The translations under genes were made by a program, and so were the position numbers. A DNA stretch of 64,000 bases, taken from assembly GCA_965250285.1 (NCBI GenBank), contig OZ252299.1, positions 3,328,001 to 3,392,000 on the forward strand, written 5' to 3'. The notes beneath the pieces are model-generated. The model was not told the DNA's origin. It saw only the letters and a program-made list of their open reading frames with translations, and ran no database searches. How positions within the stretch are numbered: position 1 is the stretch's first letter; the number at the start of each line of letters is the position of its first letter. Origin of the DNA: Myxococcota bacterium. GTDB taxonomy: Bacteria; Myxococcota_A; UBA9160; UBA4427. Below are positions 41,019-50,872 of the stretch, piece after piece.

Positions 41019-43169
41019 CTAGTCCACCCACCCGAGCACGTCGCGGATCACCGACCAGCGCGGGCCGTTCTCGCCGGCCCCGCGGCCCAGGATCCAGTAG
41101 TCGTAGAGCGACTCGACGGTGCCGTCCTTCTTCTTGAGACCGACCCAGTCCGAGACGAAGCGATCCCATTCGAGGTCGCCCTTCTCGATCGGATAGCCCT
41201 CGGGCATGACCTGGATCACCGGGTGGGGAACCGCCACCGCGTAGGAAGGATAGACGAGCGTCCACGCCGAGCCGCCCTCGGCCGAATAGACGACCGCGTC
41301 GATGTCGGTGCGCTGACCGCGCAGGAACCCGCGCGGCGAATCGAGCAGCTCGATCTCGGCGTTCGGCACCCGCGAGCGCACGGTCTTGAGAAAGGCCCGA
41401 TCGTCGACGACGACGCCGAGGGTCAGTGACTCGAGCTCTTCGATCGTCTCGAACGACTCAAACTCACGCCGGCGGTAGTCGGGCACGAGGAAGCCCATGG
41501 TGAGATCCATCGGCGACGCCGGGATGTCCCACCAGAGCAGCCGCTGCGGCGTCGTCGCGAGCCCACTCATCACGATGTCGATCTGGCCCTGCGCGAACCG
41601 CTCGCCGATCTCGTCGTACTCGACGCGCACGAGTTCGGCGTCGACGCCGAGGTCATGCGCCATTCGCAGGCCGAGCTCGAGGTCGAAACCGACCAGCTCA
41701 CCGGCCGAGTTCGTGAACGCGAACGGCAGTGAATCCTTCAGGTAGCCGATGCGCAGCGTCTTTCGCGCTTCGATGGCGGTCAGCCGCCCCACCTCGCTCG
41801 CTGATGCGTCGGGGGGCGGCAGCTCGGTGCGCCACTCGGTCACGTCGACGAGCGGCTCCATCTGGTGCATCCGCACCAGCTCCTGATCGGCGGTGTACGA
41901 GTTGGCGAGCGACTGAGCGAGGTAGAACCGCGCGCCCAGCAGGCCGACGAGCAGCATCAGCAGAGACAGCGCCGCGGCGCGGACGAAACGCACCGGCTGC
42001 CACGAGACGAGCCCTCGCTTGTACGCGACCGCCACGATCGTGAGCGAGAGCAGGTGCATCGCGCCGAGCACCACGCGGATGCGGTCGGTGTAGACGGTCG
42101 AGACGACGAAGAGCTCCATCATGTCGGCCGGCAGGCGCTGTACGTCGAGCAGAAAGGGGATGCCGACGACGGGGGCGACGAAGCTGCTGAGCAGCGATGC
42201 GCCCTGGAACACGAGCTCGTCGGCCCAGTTCATCTCGCGCCCCAGATACCAGGCCGAGAACGGAATGAACATGAGGATCACGTAGGTGCCGATGTTCGGA
42301 AACGGATACGCGAGCGGCATCAACACTTCGGCGCTCGAGTCGACGTCGTCGTGGGCCGCGTCGTAGCGCGCGAAGAGCGCCTTCACGTCTTCGATCAGCT
42401 GTGGCAACACGACGATGATCTTCGCGGTCGCGAAGATCGTGATGAGCGTGTCACGCGGGATCAGGATCAGATCGCGCACCTTGAAGGGCGTGACGGCGCT
42501 GACGAGCAGCGGCAGCACGCCGAACGTGAGCAGCACGGCGAGCACCGTGTACGTGATGACGTACGCCTGCAGGCGGCTGACCTCTTCGAGCGACATCGTC
42601 CCGGCCGTGCCCGCCGCGATCGCGAAGATGCCGAGTGGCGTCAGCCGGATCACCAGCTTGTTGACGTTGTTGAGGGCCGCGGCCAGGACGTCGAGGTTGT
42701 GGAGCAGGCCGCTGCGATCGCTCACGCGGCTCACGCCGATCCCGACCAGAATGCTGAAGAGCACGACCGCCGGAACGACGTTGTTCGCGAGCGAACCAAA
42801 CGGATTGGCGGGGACGTAGAGCCCGACGAGATCGAACTGGGTCGGCGCAGCGACGAGGCTCGACGAGAAGAACGACGCCGTCTGCCAGGGCGGGAACGCG
42901 ATCGGGGCGATCCACAGCACCAGGATGCCGATCGAGAGCAGCACGACCAGCACCGTGATCGCCGAGACGAGCAGCTCCTTGCTCTCGTCCCACGAGATGC
43001 GGCCGAGGTTCGCGATGAGCGAGACGACGATGTAGGGCAGCACCGTCATCTGGAGCAGCCCGATGTAGATCTCGCCCCCGACCGAAAGCGGCGCCGCGAG
43101 CTCTCCCAGGAAGAGTCCGGTCGCCAAGCCGAGGAACAAGCCGATCAGGATCTTGGCGGTGAAGGACAT
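41019..43169 (-). CDS. Dicarboxylate/amino acid:cation symporter fused to a C-terminal family-3 solute-binding domain
   Basis: N-terminal DAACS TMs (LLQMTVLPY, PANPFGSL, LTPLGIF). C-terminal LRIGY...PFAF...VGFDLE and KKDGT...YDYWILG. Confidence 0.88.
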   Translation of the reverse strand: MSFTAKILIGLFLGLATGLFLGELAAPLSVGGEIYIGLLQMTVLPYIVVSLIANLGRISWDESKELLVSAITVLVVLLSIGILVLWIAPIAFPPWQTASFFSSSLVAAPTQFDLVGLYVPANPFGSLANNVVPAVVLFSILVGIGVSRVSDRSGLLHNLDVLAAALNNVNKLVIRLTPLGIFAIAAGTAGTMSLEEVSRLQAYVITYTVLAVLLTFGVLPLLVSAVTPFKVRDLILIPRDTLITIFATAKIIVVLPQLIEDVKALFARYDAAHDDVDSSAEVLMPLAYPFPNIGTYVILMFIPFSAWYLGREMNWADELVFQGASLLSSFVAPVVGIPFLLDVQRLPADMMELFVVSTVYTDRIRVVLGAMHLLSLTIVAVAYKRGLVSWQPVRFVRAAALSLLMLLVGLLGARFYLAQSLANSYTADQELVRMHQMEPLVDVTEWRTELPPPDASASEVGRLTAIEARKTLRIGYLKDSLPFAFTNSAGELVGFDLELGLRMAHDLGVDAELVRVEYDEIGERFAQGQIDIVMSGLATTPQRLLWWDIPASPMDLTMGFLVPDYRRREFESFETIEELESLTLGVVVDDRAFLKTVRSRVPNAEIELLDSPRGFLRGQRTDIDAVVYSAEGGSAWTLVYPSYAVAVPHPVIQVMPEGYPIEKGDLEWDRFVSDWVGLKKKDGTVESLYDYWILGRGAGENGPRWSVIRDVLGWVD

Positions 43170-43460
43170 GGGCTCGGTGCGTGCGCCTCCGGGGCGGGGT
43201 GGACGTCGTGTCGGGGCAGCAGCCTAGGCGAACGCCCCGCCGGTCGCCGCTTCGCCTCCGGGCGCAGCTGGGCCAGAAAGGTGACGGAACGCGCGGCGCT
43301 GCTCGCCACCCCGTGCCCGAAACCGCACGCATGAGATCCAGTCGATCGGCCCCTTGACGAAGCAGCGCGCGCGCTTCCTGTTTGGTCGGATCGAACGGGA
43401 GTGGCTCTGCTGGCATCCATGTCCAGGACAGGCCCCCCCAGAAAACTCGAGGGCACCTGC

Positions 43461-45206
43461 GTGGACGAACCGCACCAACCATCCGAACCCCCCGACCCAG
43501 AGCCGACTTCCTTCTTCGACGAGCTTCAACGACGCGTCGTCGTTCGGACGGCCATCGTCTACGCGGCCAGTGGCTGGGCCATGCTCCAGGTGTCCGCGCT
43601 CGTCCTGCCGCTGATCGGTCTCAACAGCAGCGCGATCCGCTGGGTGCTGTACATGCTGATCGCGGGGTTCGTCCTCGCGATCGCGCTCGCCCGGCTGAGC
43701 GAGCTGCGAGCCGAGCGCGGCGAGCCGCCGCTGCGCGTCTTCTCGAACCACGCCGTGGTGATCGTCCTGCTCATGCTCGGCATCGGCGCACTCGCCGGAG
43801 CGGGCGTCGACCCGTGGTTCGACGAAGACGAGCAAGCAGCGCAGCCGATCGTCATCGCGGTGGAGCCGTTCGACACGCGCGGCCAGACCGAATCGGCACC
43901 GACGCTCGGAGCCGATCTGGCAGACGAGCTGACGGATGCGCTCGCGCGATTTCGTGGCCTGACGGTGCGACGAGCGCCGGAGATGCCCGAAGACGGGGGC
44001 TTCCTGGGGCTCGAGTCGCTCGCGATGCGCGACCGGTTCCGGCTGACCGGCAGCGCTCAGGTCGACGGCGAGACGGTGCGGGTGCGCGCCCAGCTCGTCG
44101 AGCCCGACTCGGGGGTCGTGCGGTGGTCGGAGAGCTATGACCGCGAGCTCACGACCGGGCCGCTGCTCCACATTCAGACCGACATCGCGAGCCACATCGC
44201 CGCGACGCTCGCCGACCATACGGTCAATCACAGCCTCTTGTCGCCCGCGAAGCGCTTCACGATTCGGCCCCATCATCGGTCGATGGCCGAGTGCATCGCG
44301 ATGGCCGACCGCTACTTCGAGGTTCACACGGACGAGCAGCATGCGGCCGCGCGCGAGTGCCTCGAAGCGGCCGTCCAGCGCGAGCCCGACGACGCCGAAG
44401 CGTGGGCCCACCTCGGCTACCTGTACCGCGAGGAGTATCTGCACCGTCGAAACGAGCGATCGGCCCCGCTCGACCGCGCGCTCCGCGCGGCGCACCGTGC
44501 AGTCAGCCTCGATCCGACGAGCGCCATGGCCCACTTCGCGCTGTCGACCGTGTACTTCAGCCGCGGTGCCCTCGACGCCGCCGCGATGACCGCCGAGCAT
44601 GCCATCAAGCTCAACCAGAACGACGCGACCCTGCTCGGCCTGCTCTCCACCCAGCTCGCGGCGGCCGGCCGCTGGGAACGCGCCATCGAGGTGGCCGAGC
44701 GCGCGGCGAGCCTGAGCCCGCACCACCCCGTCACGCTCCACAACGTCGTTGCGCTCGACCACTACATGAGGGGCGACTACGAAGCGGCGCTCGACGCGCA
44801 CCGTCAGATCGCACCCCTCGACAGCATGCGCGGTGTCACGCGGGCCGCCGTGCTCGCCCAAGCCGGTCGGACCGATCAGGCCGCCGAGGTCATGAGCGAG
44901 CTCGAGCGCGACGACCCGCATCTCGCGCAGGATCTGATGGCCGAGCTCGAGCGCATCTATGTCGACCGGGGTCTCGTCGAAGCGCTCGCAGACGGCCTGC
45001 GGAGTGCCGGCATCGAGCTCGAGCCGCGTGCCCGCGCCGGGACCAGGAAACACTCGTACTCGACCCGATCGCGCGGGTACCGCGCTCGGCGCCAGACCGC
45101 GCTGTCCGCTTCGCCCCCCGAGCGCTCGGGCGCGCCGCCGCGAGGCGCGACAGACGCACCCGAACCCGAGGCCGAGCACCGCCGCGGTCCCATCTCGTCT
45201 CCCTGA
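43461..45206 (+). CDS. Membrane-anchored TolB-N-like + TPR protein
   Basis: 'FFDELQRRVVVR' with three TMs, IAVEPF, VRVRAQLV...WSESYDR, TPR repeats. Confidence 0.8.
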   Translation: MDEPHQPSEPPDPEPTSFFDELQRRVVVRTAIVYAASGWAMLQVSALVLPLIGLNSSAIRWVLYMLIAGFVLAIALARLSELRAERGEPPLRVFSNHAVVIVLLMLGIGALAGAGVDPWFDEDEQAAQPIVIAVEPFDTRGQTESAPTLGADLADELTDALARFRGLTVRRAPEMPEDGGFLGLESLAMRDRFRLTGSAQVDGETVRVRAQLVEPDSGVVRWSESYDRELTTGPLLHIQTDIASHIAATLADHTVNHSLLSPAKRFTIRPHHRSMAECIAMADRYFEVHTDEQHAAARECLEAAVQREPDDAEAWAHLGYLYREEYLHRRNERSAPLDRALRAAHRAVSLDPTSAMAHFALSTVYFSRGALDAAAMTAEHAIKLNQNDATLLGLLSTQLAAAGRWERAIEVAERAASLSPHHPVTLHNVVALDHYMRGDYEAALDAHRQIAPLDSMRGVTRAAVLAQAGRTDQAAEVMSELERDDPHLAQDLMAELERIYVDRGLVEALADGLRSAGIELEPRARAGTRKHSYSTRSRGYRARRQTALSASPPERSGAPPRGATDAPEPEAEHRRGPISSP

Positions 45207-45310
45207 AGCCGGAAGCCGGAAGACGGCCGCGCTTCGCCGCGTTTCTTTTGCCGCGCGGTGGCGGCCTCGATTAGGCTGGAGCTCTCGCTCCGACCGAACT
45301 CGAGGTCCCC

Positions 45311-46852
45311 ATGAAGCACGCGATCCCCACTCGCTCCACCCGGCTGCTGCCCCTGCTCGCGCTCCTGACCCCGCTCGCTCTGACCGCGTTCGCCCTGCCC
45401 GCGGTCGCGGGCGGCGAACGCGGGCGCGCAACGCGGTGCGAGATCGTGATCGTCGGGGGCGGCGCTTCGGGCCTGTACACCGCTTACCGGCTCGGGCCCG
45501 AGTACGGCGCCCGCGTCTGCGTCTTCGAAAAGAACGAGCGACTCGGCGGACGAATCAAGGACGTCGCGAACGAGCCGGGCGGGCCCGTCTTCGGCCTGGG
45601 CGCGCTGCGCGTCGTCGAAAGCCAACGGGTCGTCATCGACCTCGCGGCCGAGCTCGGGATCGAGCTGCAGTTCGCCCCCAATCGCGAGAGCATCATCAGC
45701 ACGCGCGGCTTCCTCGCGGCCGACGCCCAGACGCTCAACGAGCAGGCCTTTCCCGTCGTGCCCGACGACGTCACCGAGGGCGACCTCTACGACGAGCTGC
45801 AGTTCGGCCCGCTGCGCCGCGAGGCCGACCAGTACCCCGACTTCCGCTCGTACGCGCGCGCGGCGATCGGTGTCGAGGGCTACCAGTTCCTGCGCGACCT
45901 GTCGCGATTCCGGGGCGAGTTCACCGACCCGATCGATGCCCGCAGCTTTCTCGACTGGCTCGACGAAGAGTCGACGGTCTGCTGCATCGCGGGCTACCCG
46001 GTCGGCGGCATGTCGCAGTACATCGATCGGCTTGCAGACGGCGCCAGGGCCGCGGGCGTACGCATCTTCACGGGCGAGCCGGTGCTCGACGTGTCTCGCG
46101 CACGGCGCGGCAAGGGGGCGAAGCGTCGCTACGAGGTGACGACCACGAAGCGCCGGCTGCGCCCGCGCTTCGTGGTCATCGCCGCATCGAAGCGGGGCGT
46201 GGGCTTCATCGAGGGCGACGTCATCGACGACATCCGCCGCCAGACCGAGTTTCAGGACATCGAGGCCGTCAAGGTCGTGACCGTGACGCAGTGGTGGACG
46301 AGACCCTGGTGGCGAAGCGCCCCCGAACGCGAAGAGGTGAGCCGCGTCTGGAGCACCGAGGCCGCGCTGAACTTCATCGAGATTCCGGTCTGGCCCTACG
46401 CCGAGGCGCAGAACGTCACCCGCAGCGTGTACGACGACGACCCGGCGACCGTCGCGTTCTGGGAGAACACGGCGTCGCGCTCGACCGAGGCGGTCGAAGC
46501 CGAGATTCGTCGCGGCCTCGAGTATCTCTTTCCCGGCGCACGCATCCCCGACCCCGAGCGGACGGTCGTCCAGATCTGGCCGGATGCCTGGGCCTGGCTG
46601 CGGGGCGGGTCGAGTCTGCGCAACGTCGATATCGCGCGCTGGGCCATCGAGCCGCTGCCCGGGGAGGCGGTGGCGCTCGTGGGTGACTCGTACTTTCCGC
46701 AGCGCGCCACGTGGAGCGACGCCGCGTACAAGTCGGCGATCAACATGCTGAACGAGCGATTCGGGTTCGAGCTCGAGGGACAGACCGTCGGTCTCGACGA
46801 CGAAACCGAAGCGCCCGAGCCGATTCGTCCCTACCCCGGCACGCTGCGATAG
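45311..46852 (+). CDS. Secreted FAD-dependent amine/amino-acid oxidase family protein
   Basis: Signal peptide, IVGGGASG, FEKNERLGGRI, GALRV, GGMSQY, C-terminal LVGDSY...WSDAA. Confidence 0.85.
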   Translation: MKHAIPTRSTRLLPLLALLTPLALTAFALPAVAGGERGRATRCEIVIVGGGASGLYTAYRLGPEYGARVCVFEKNERLGGRIKDVANEPGGPVFGLGALRVVESQRVVIDLAAELGIELQFAPNRESIISTRGFLAADAQTLNEQAFPVVPDDVTEGDLYDELQFGPLRREADQYPDFRSYARAAIGVEGYQFLRDLSRFRGEFTDPIDARSFLDWLDEESTVCCIAGYPVGGMSQYIDRLADGARAAGVRIFTGEPVLDVSRARRGKGAKRRYEVTTTKRRLRPRFVVIAASKRGVGFIEGDVIDDIRRQTEFQDIEAVKVVTVTQWWTRPWWRSAPEREEVSRVWSTEAALNFIEIPVWPYAEAQNVTRSVYDDDPATVAFWENTASRSTEAVEAEIRRGLEYLFPGARIPDPERTVVQIWPDAWAWLRGGSSLRNVDIARWAIEPLPGEAVALVGDSYFPQRATWSDAAYKSAINMLNERFGFELEGQTVGLDDETEAPEPIRPYPGTLR

Positions 46853-46907
46853 CCCTCAGGAGAAGCGGCGTCGCGACGCCGCAGCCGATCGACCGCGAAG
46901 CACCGAC

Positions 46908-47846
46908 TCAAGCTTCGAGCGCGTCGCCCTCTTCCGGCGAAGCCGCCGGATCGGCCGGCGGAACCGCCATGACGCTCGACTGAACGCCGCGCAGCACCAT
47001 CTCGGCCGTGGCGCCAAGGCGGTCGCCGATCTCGCCGGGCCGACTCAAGGTGCCCATCACGATCAGGTCGAAGTCGTGCTCCCGGGCGAAGCGAGGCAGC
47101 GCTTCTCGGGCTTCGCCCTCGACCAGGTGGACGTGCTCGCTCGGCACCGAACCGTCGAGCTGCGACACCAGACGATCGAGCCCCGCTCGCGCGAGTGTTT
47201 CGGACTCGCGGCGGTACGCCTTCCACTCGTCTTCCTGAATCGACTGCTCGAGCAGCTCCGAACCGATCGCGTGCCAGGCGGTCACGAGATGCACCTCGGC
47301 GCCCGAGAGCCGCGCGACCTCTTGCGCCCGTTCGACGATGCGGCGGGCCGCCCGCTGACGCACCTCGTTGCCGGTCGGGTCGACCGCGACGAGGATTCGG
47401 CTCGGCAGAGCGCCTTCACCGCCCACCACCCAGACCGGACACGCCGAGCGACGAAACAGGTGGAGCGCGGTGGAGCCGAAGAACACGCCGCCTTGCCGCG
47501 TGAGGCCGCTGGCGGGCTTCACGATCAGGTCGAACCCGCTCTGTCGACACTCCTCGAGAACGACCTCCCAGGCGACGCCCCAGCAGACGCGCGCCGTCAC
47601 GTTCGGCACCGAATCGCGCAGATCACGCGCCATCGCCTCGAGCTGCTCGGTCTCGACCTCGAGCAGGAGGTTGCGAATCTTGGCGGTCTGCTGACAGAGC
47701 TCGGCGCTGGCCGCGGGGCCGACGTTCTCTTCGAGGACGCGAAGCAGCGTCACGATCGCACCGGCGCGCTGCGCCAGATGGCGGGCCAGGGACAGCGCGC
47801 GACCGGCGCGATCTTCGGCCGGTACGAGAACGAGGATGTTCTGCAT
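46908..47846 (-). CDS. Tandem-domain universal stress protein (UspE-like)
   Basis: DLIVK, FFGSTALHLFRRSACPVWVV, ILVAVD, DLIVMGT, LGATAE. Confidence 0.9.
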   Translation of the reverse strand: MQNILVLVPAEDRAGRALSLARHLAQRAGAIVTLLRVLEENVGPAASAELCQQTAKIRNLLLEVETEQLEAMARDLRDSVPNVTARVCWGVAWEVVLEECRQSGFDLIVKPASGLTRQGGVFFGSTALHLFRRSACPVWVVGGEGALPSRILVAVDPTGNEVRQRAARRIVERAQEVARLSGAEVHLVTAWHAIGSELLEQSIQEDEWKAYRRESETLARAGLDRLVSQLDGSVPSEHVHLVEGEAREALPRFAREHDFDLIVMGTLSRPGEIGDRLGATAEMVLRGVQSSVMAVPPADPAASPEEGDALEA

Positions 47847-48069
47847 GTCGACGCCTCCGAACGGAATGGGTCAGTCGCTGAATCGACCGCCCCGATCGGA
47901 AACTTGAACCCAGACGCCAACGGCCGCGTGATCGAAGCGCCGCGCCGGCATGGCGGGCTCTCGCGGGCATCCCCGATCTCGGGCGGTGGGGGCGCCGAGC
48001 GCGCCGTGCGGATACCGGCACACATGCCCGGGCGTGCGTCCGCGCCGGATCGGGCGGGCAAGGACGGCG

Positions 48070-48387
48070 TCAGCCGTGATCCTGCGGCAGCACCACCCAC
48101 TCGGGGTCGTCGAACTCACCGACGACCCGGATCTCGACGTGCTCGGCCTGGGTCTCGATGATCGACTGCACGCGCGGGTCTCGCTCGGCTTCGGCGGCGT
48201 CGCGCTCGGCCTTGCTCTCCCAGCTCGCGATCGCGAGCAGCACGCCGTCGCGCCCGATGGCCCGGTGCAGGCGCGTGCCCCGTGCCCCGGGCGCCGATTG
48301 AATGATGCGGCTCGCCTCGAGCCAGGCCGCGGCGTAGGCCTCAGCCGTGTGGCCGGCCCGCACGTGGACCTCGAAGACGAAGATCAT
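48070..48387 (-). CDS. Antibiotic biosynthesis monooxygenase (ABM) family protein
   Basis: Small alpha/beta protein with PGARGTRLHR and IASWES. GGAG SD. Confidence 0.8.
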   Translation of the reverse strand: MIFVFEVHVRAGHTAEAYAAAWLEASRIIQSAPGARGTRLHRAIGRDGVLLAIASWESKAERDAAEAERDPRVQSIIETQAEHVEIRVVGEFDDPEWVVLPQDHG

Positions 48388-48425
48388 CGGTGAGCTCCCG
48401 TTTGGAGCGCGATGCGAACCGGGTC

Positions 48426-50045
48426 TCAGAACGCGCCCGAGTCGCCGCCGTCGAAGCCGTCGCCCCCGCCGAACGCGTCGCCGCCGCCACCGAAGCCGCT
48501 CGTCGGATCGAAGCCGGGCCCGTCGCCGCCGCCCCCGAACGGTCCGCCCTCCATGGATCCGAAGCTGTGACCGCCGGGCGCCGCGTCGTAGGGATCGTCG
48601 CTGAGCGTCCAGTCGCGAAACTGCGCGTAGCGGCCCTCGAACTCGAGCTTCACGGTGCCGGTCGGGCCGTTTCTCTGCTTGGCGATGATCAGCTCCGCGA
48701 GGTTCTCGTACTCGGTCTCCTTGTTGTAGACCACGTCGCGGTAGATGAACGCGATCACGTCGGCGTCCTGCTCGATGGCGCCCGACTCGCGCAGATCGGC
48801 GAGCATCGGGCGCTTGTCTTCTTTGCGGGTCTCGGGGCCCCGGTTCAGCTGCGAGAGCGCGATGACCGGAATGTTCAGCTCTTTCGCGAGGCCCTTGAGC
48901 CCGCGGCTGATCTCACTGATCTCCTGTTCGCGGCTCGGTGTGTTCGAATCGCCGTGGGCGAGCTGCAGATAGTCGACGATCACGAGGTCGAGGCCGTGCT
49001 GCGCATGCAGGCGGCGGCACTTGGCGCGCATCTCGAGCACGGTGGCGGCGCCGGTATCGTCGATCCACATGCCGGCTTCGGCGAGGTTGCCGGCACATTG
49101 AATGATGCGTGAGTGCGTGTCGGGCGTGATGAGCCCGGTGCGCATCATCGAGAAGTCGACCTGGGCCTCGCTCGAGAGCAGGCGCAGCACGAGCGAACGG
49201 GTCGTCATCTCGAGCGAGAAGATTGCGATGTGGGCATTCGCGTCCATGGCGGCGTTGCGCGCCACGTTGAGCGCGAAGGCCGTCTTGCCCATCGAGGGCC
49301 GCGCCGCGAGGATGAACAGGTCGCCCGGCTGCAGGCCGCCCGTCATGTCGTCGAGCTTCTTGTAGCCCGTCGACAGCCCGGTCAGATCGCCGCTTCGGTT
49401 CATCAGCTGGTCGATGTGATCGACCGCGTCGTGCATCTCGTGGCCGATCGAGCTGAGGCCACTCGCCGCCTTCTCGGTCGACAGCCCGAAGATGCGGCTC
49501 TCGGCCTGGTCGAGCAGCTTGTCGGCCTCTTCGCTCGGGTCGTAGCCGAGCGCCACGATCTCGCTCGCCACCGCGATGATCGATCGCTTGATCGACTTCT
49601 CGCGCACGCGCTTGGCGTAGAAGACCGCGTTTGCCGGGGTCGCCTCGTAGTCGGCGATCTCGGCGAGCGCCACGGCACCGCCGACGCTCTCGAGCAGATG
49701 CTCGTCCTGTAGGTACGCGGCCAGGGTCACGAGATCGACCGGCTGGTTGGTATCGCGCAGCTGCACCATCGATCGGTACAGGATCTGATGAGCCGGGTGG
49801 TAGAAGTCGTCTTCCTTCACCTCGGTGACGAGCAGGTGGATCGCGTCGTTGTCGAGCAGAATCGACGACAGCACCGCCTTCTCGGCCGACAGATCGCTGG
49901 GCGGGACCCGCCCGAGGATCTCCTCGTCGGCCATCGGCGGCCGATCATCGCGGTCACCGCGTCGACCGCGCCGGCCTTCGCCTCGACCCCGGCCGCGCCC
50001 CGCGTCGCCGCGTCCGTAGCTGTCCGGTCCACCATCGAGCGACAA
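48426..50045 (-). CDS. dnaB: Replicative DNA helicase
   Basis: AARPSMGKT, FSLEM, IVDYLQL, LSQLNR, DLRESGAIEQDAD, KQRNGPTG. Start is TTG 50045 (GGAGG SD) or ATG 49934. Confidence 0.97.
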   Translation of the reverse strand: MSLDGGPDSYGRGDAGRGRGRGEGRRGRRGDRDDRPPMADEEILGRVPPSDLSAEKAVLSSILLDNDAIHLLVTEVKEDDFYHPAHQILYRSMVQLRDTNQPVDLVTLAAYLQDEHLLESVGGAVALAEIADYEATPANAVFYAKRVREKSIKRSIIAVASEIVALGYDPSEEADKLLDQAESRIFGLSTEKAASGLSSIGHEMHDAVDHIDQLMNRSGDLTGLSTGYKKLDDMTGGLQPGDLFILAARPSMGKTAFALNVARNAAMDANAHIAIFSLEMTTRSLVLRLLSSEAQVDFSMMRTGLITPDTHSRIIQCAGNLAEAGMWIDDTGAATVLEMRAKCRRLHAQHGLDLVIVDYLQLAHGDSNTPSREQEISEISRGLKGLAKELNIPVIALSQLNRGPETRKEDKRPMLADLRESGAIEQDADVIAFIYRDVVYNKETEYENLAELIIAKQRNGPTGTVKLEFEGRYAQFRDWTLSDDPYDAAPGGHSFGSMEGGPFGGGGDGPGFDPTSGFGGGGDAFGGGDGFDGGDSGAF

Positions 50046-50196
50046 GCGCCCCGCCTCCCACACCCCGAAATGCGTCGTCGAACACGTTGGCTCGAAGCGC
50101 GATCGGCCGATGCAGACGTCGTCGCCTCGTGTCCGGCCGCGACCTCACTCTACCGCGACTGTCCGGTCCCCGGATTCCAATCGCGACATGCGCCCG

Positions 50197-50239
50197 AAAA
50201 AAGAGAACGGCCCCCGATCGCGCGAGGCGATCGAGGGCC
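50197..50239 (-). terminator. Putative intrinsic terminator after rplI
   Basis: Minus strand reads GGCCCTCGATCGC-loop-GCGATCGGGGGCC followed by GTTCTCTTTTTT. Confidence 0.65.
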
Positions 50240-50268
50240 GGGGTCCGTTCACGAACGACGTTCGGAGA

Positions 50269-50856
50269 TCAGCTCTCCGGGGTCTCGTCTTCGTCCGGGG
50301 TCTCTTCAGCGTCGGTCTCCTCGGCCGGTGCATCCTCTTCGGGGGCGCCACCGAGATTGCCGGGATCTTCTTCGACCTCTGCTTCGGCTTCGGGAGCGGC
50401 TGCCGCCGTGCCGATCACCGTCAGCTGGATCGTTGCGCGCACGTCGCCGCGCACCTTCAGCGAGACCTCATGATCGCCCACCATCTTGATCGGATCCTTC
50501 AGATCGATCTTGCGACGGTCGATCTCGACGCCCTTCTCGGCGAGCTGCGCAGCGATGTGCGACGACGTCACCGAGCCGAAGAGCTTGCCACCCTCGCCCG
50601 CTGCCGCCTCGAACTCGAGCTTGAGCTTCTCGATCTTCGTCTTGACGGCTTCGACGTCCTTCATCTCCTTGGCGAGCTTCTCGGCGATCACCGCCTTCTG
50701 GTGCTCGAACGCCTTGACGCGGCTCTCGGTCGCGATCTCGGCCTTGCCCTGGGGAAGGAGGTAGTTGCGCGCGTAGCCCGGCTTCACGCTGACGAGATCG
50801 CCGGCGTCACCGAGGCCATACACCTCGTCCTTCAGAATCAGTCTCACCTGAGCCAT
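50269..50856 (-). CDS. rplI: 50S ribosomal protein L9
   Basis: LGDAGDLVSVKPGYARNYLLP and KLFGSVT, with an acidic C-terminal tail. Confidence 0.97.
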   Translation of the reverse strand: MAQVRLILKDEVYGLGDAGDLVSVKPGYARNYLLPQGKAEIATESRVKAFEHQKAVIAEKLAKEMKDVEAVKTKIEKLKLEFEAAAGEGGKLFGSVTSSHIAAQLAEKGVEIDRRKIDLKDPIKMVGDHEVSLKVRGDVRATIQLTVIGTAAAAPEAEAEVEEDPGNLGGAPEEDAPAEETDAEETPDEDETPES

Positions 50857-50872
50857 GGGTTCTCGACCTCGC

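Noticed and set aside
48426..49934. Intein in DnaB
   Set aside because: The helicase motifs are contiguous at normal spacing, with no insertion or C-terminal HN splice motif.
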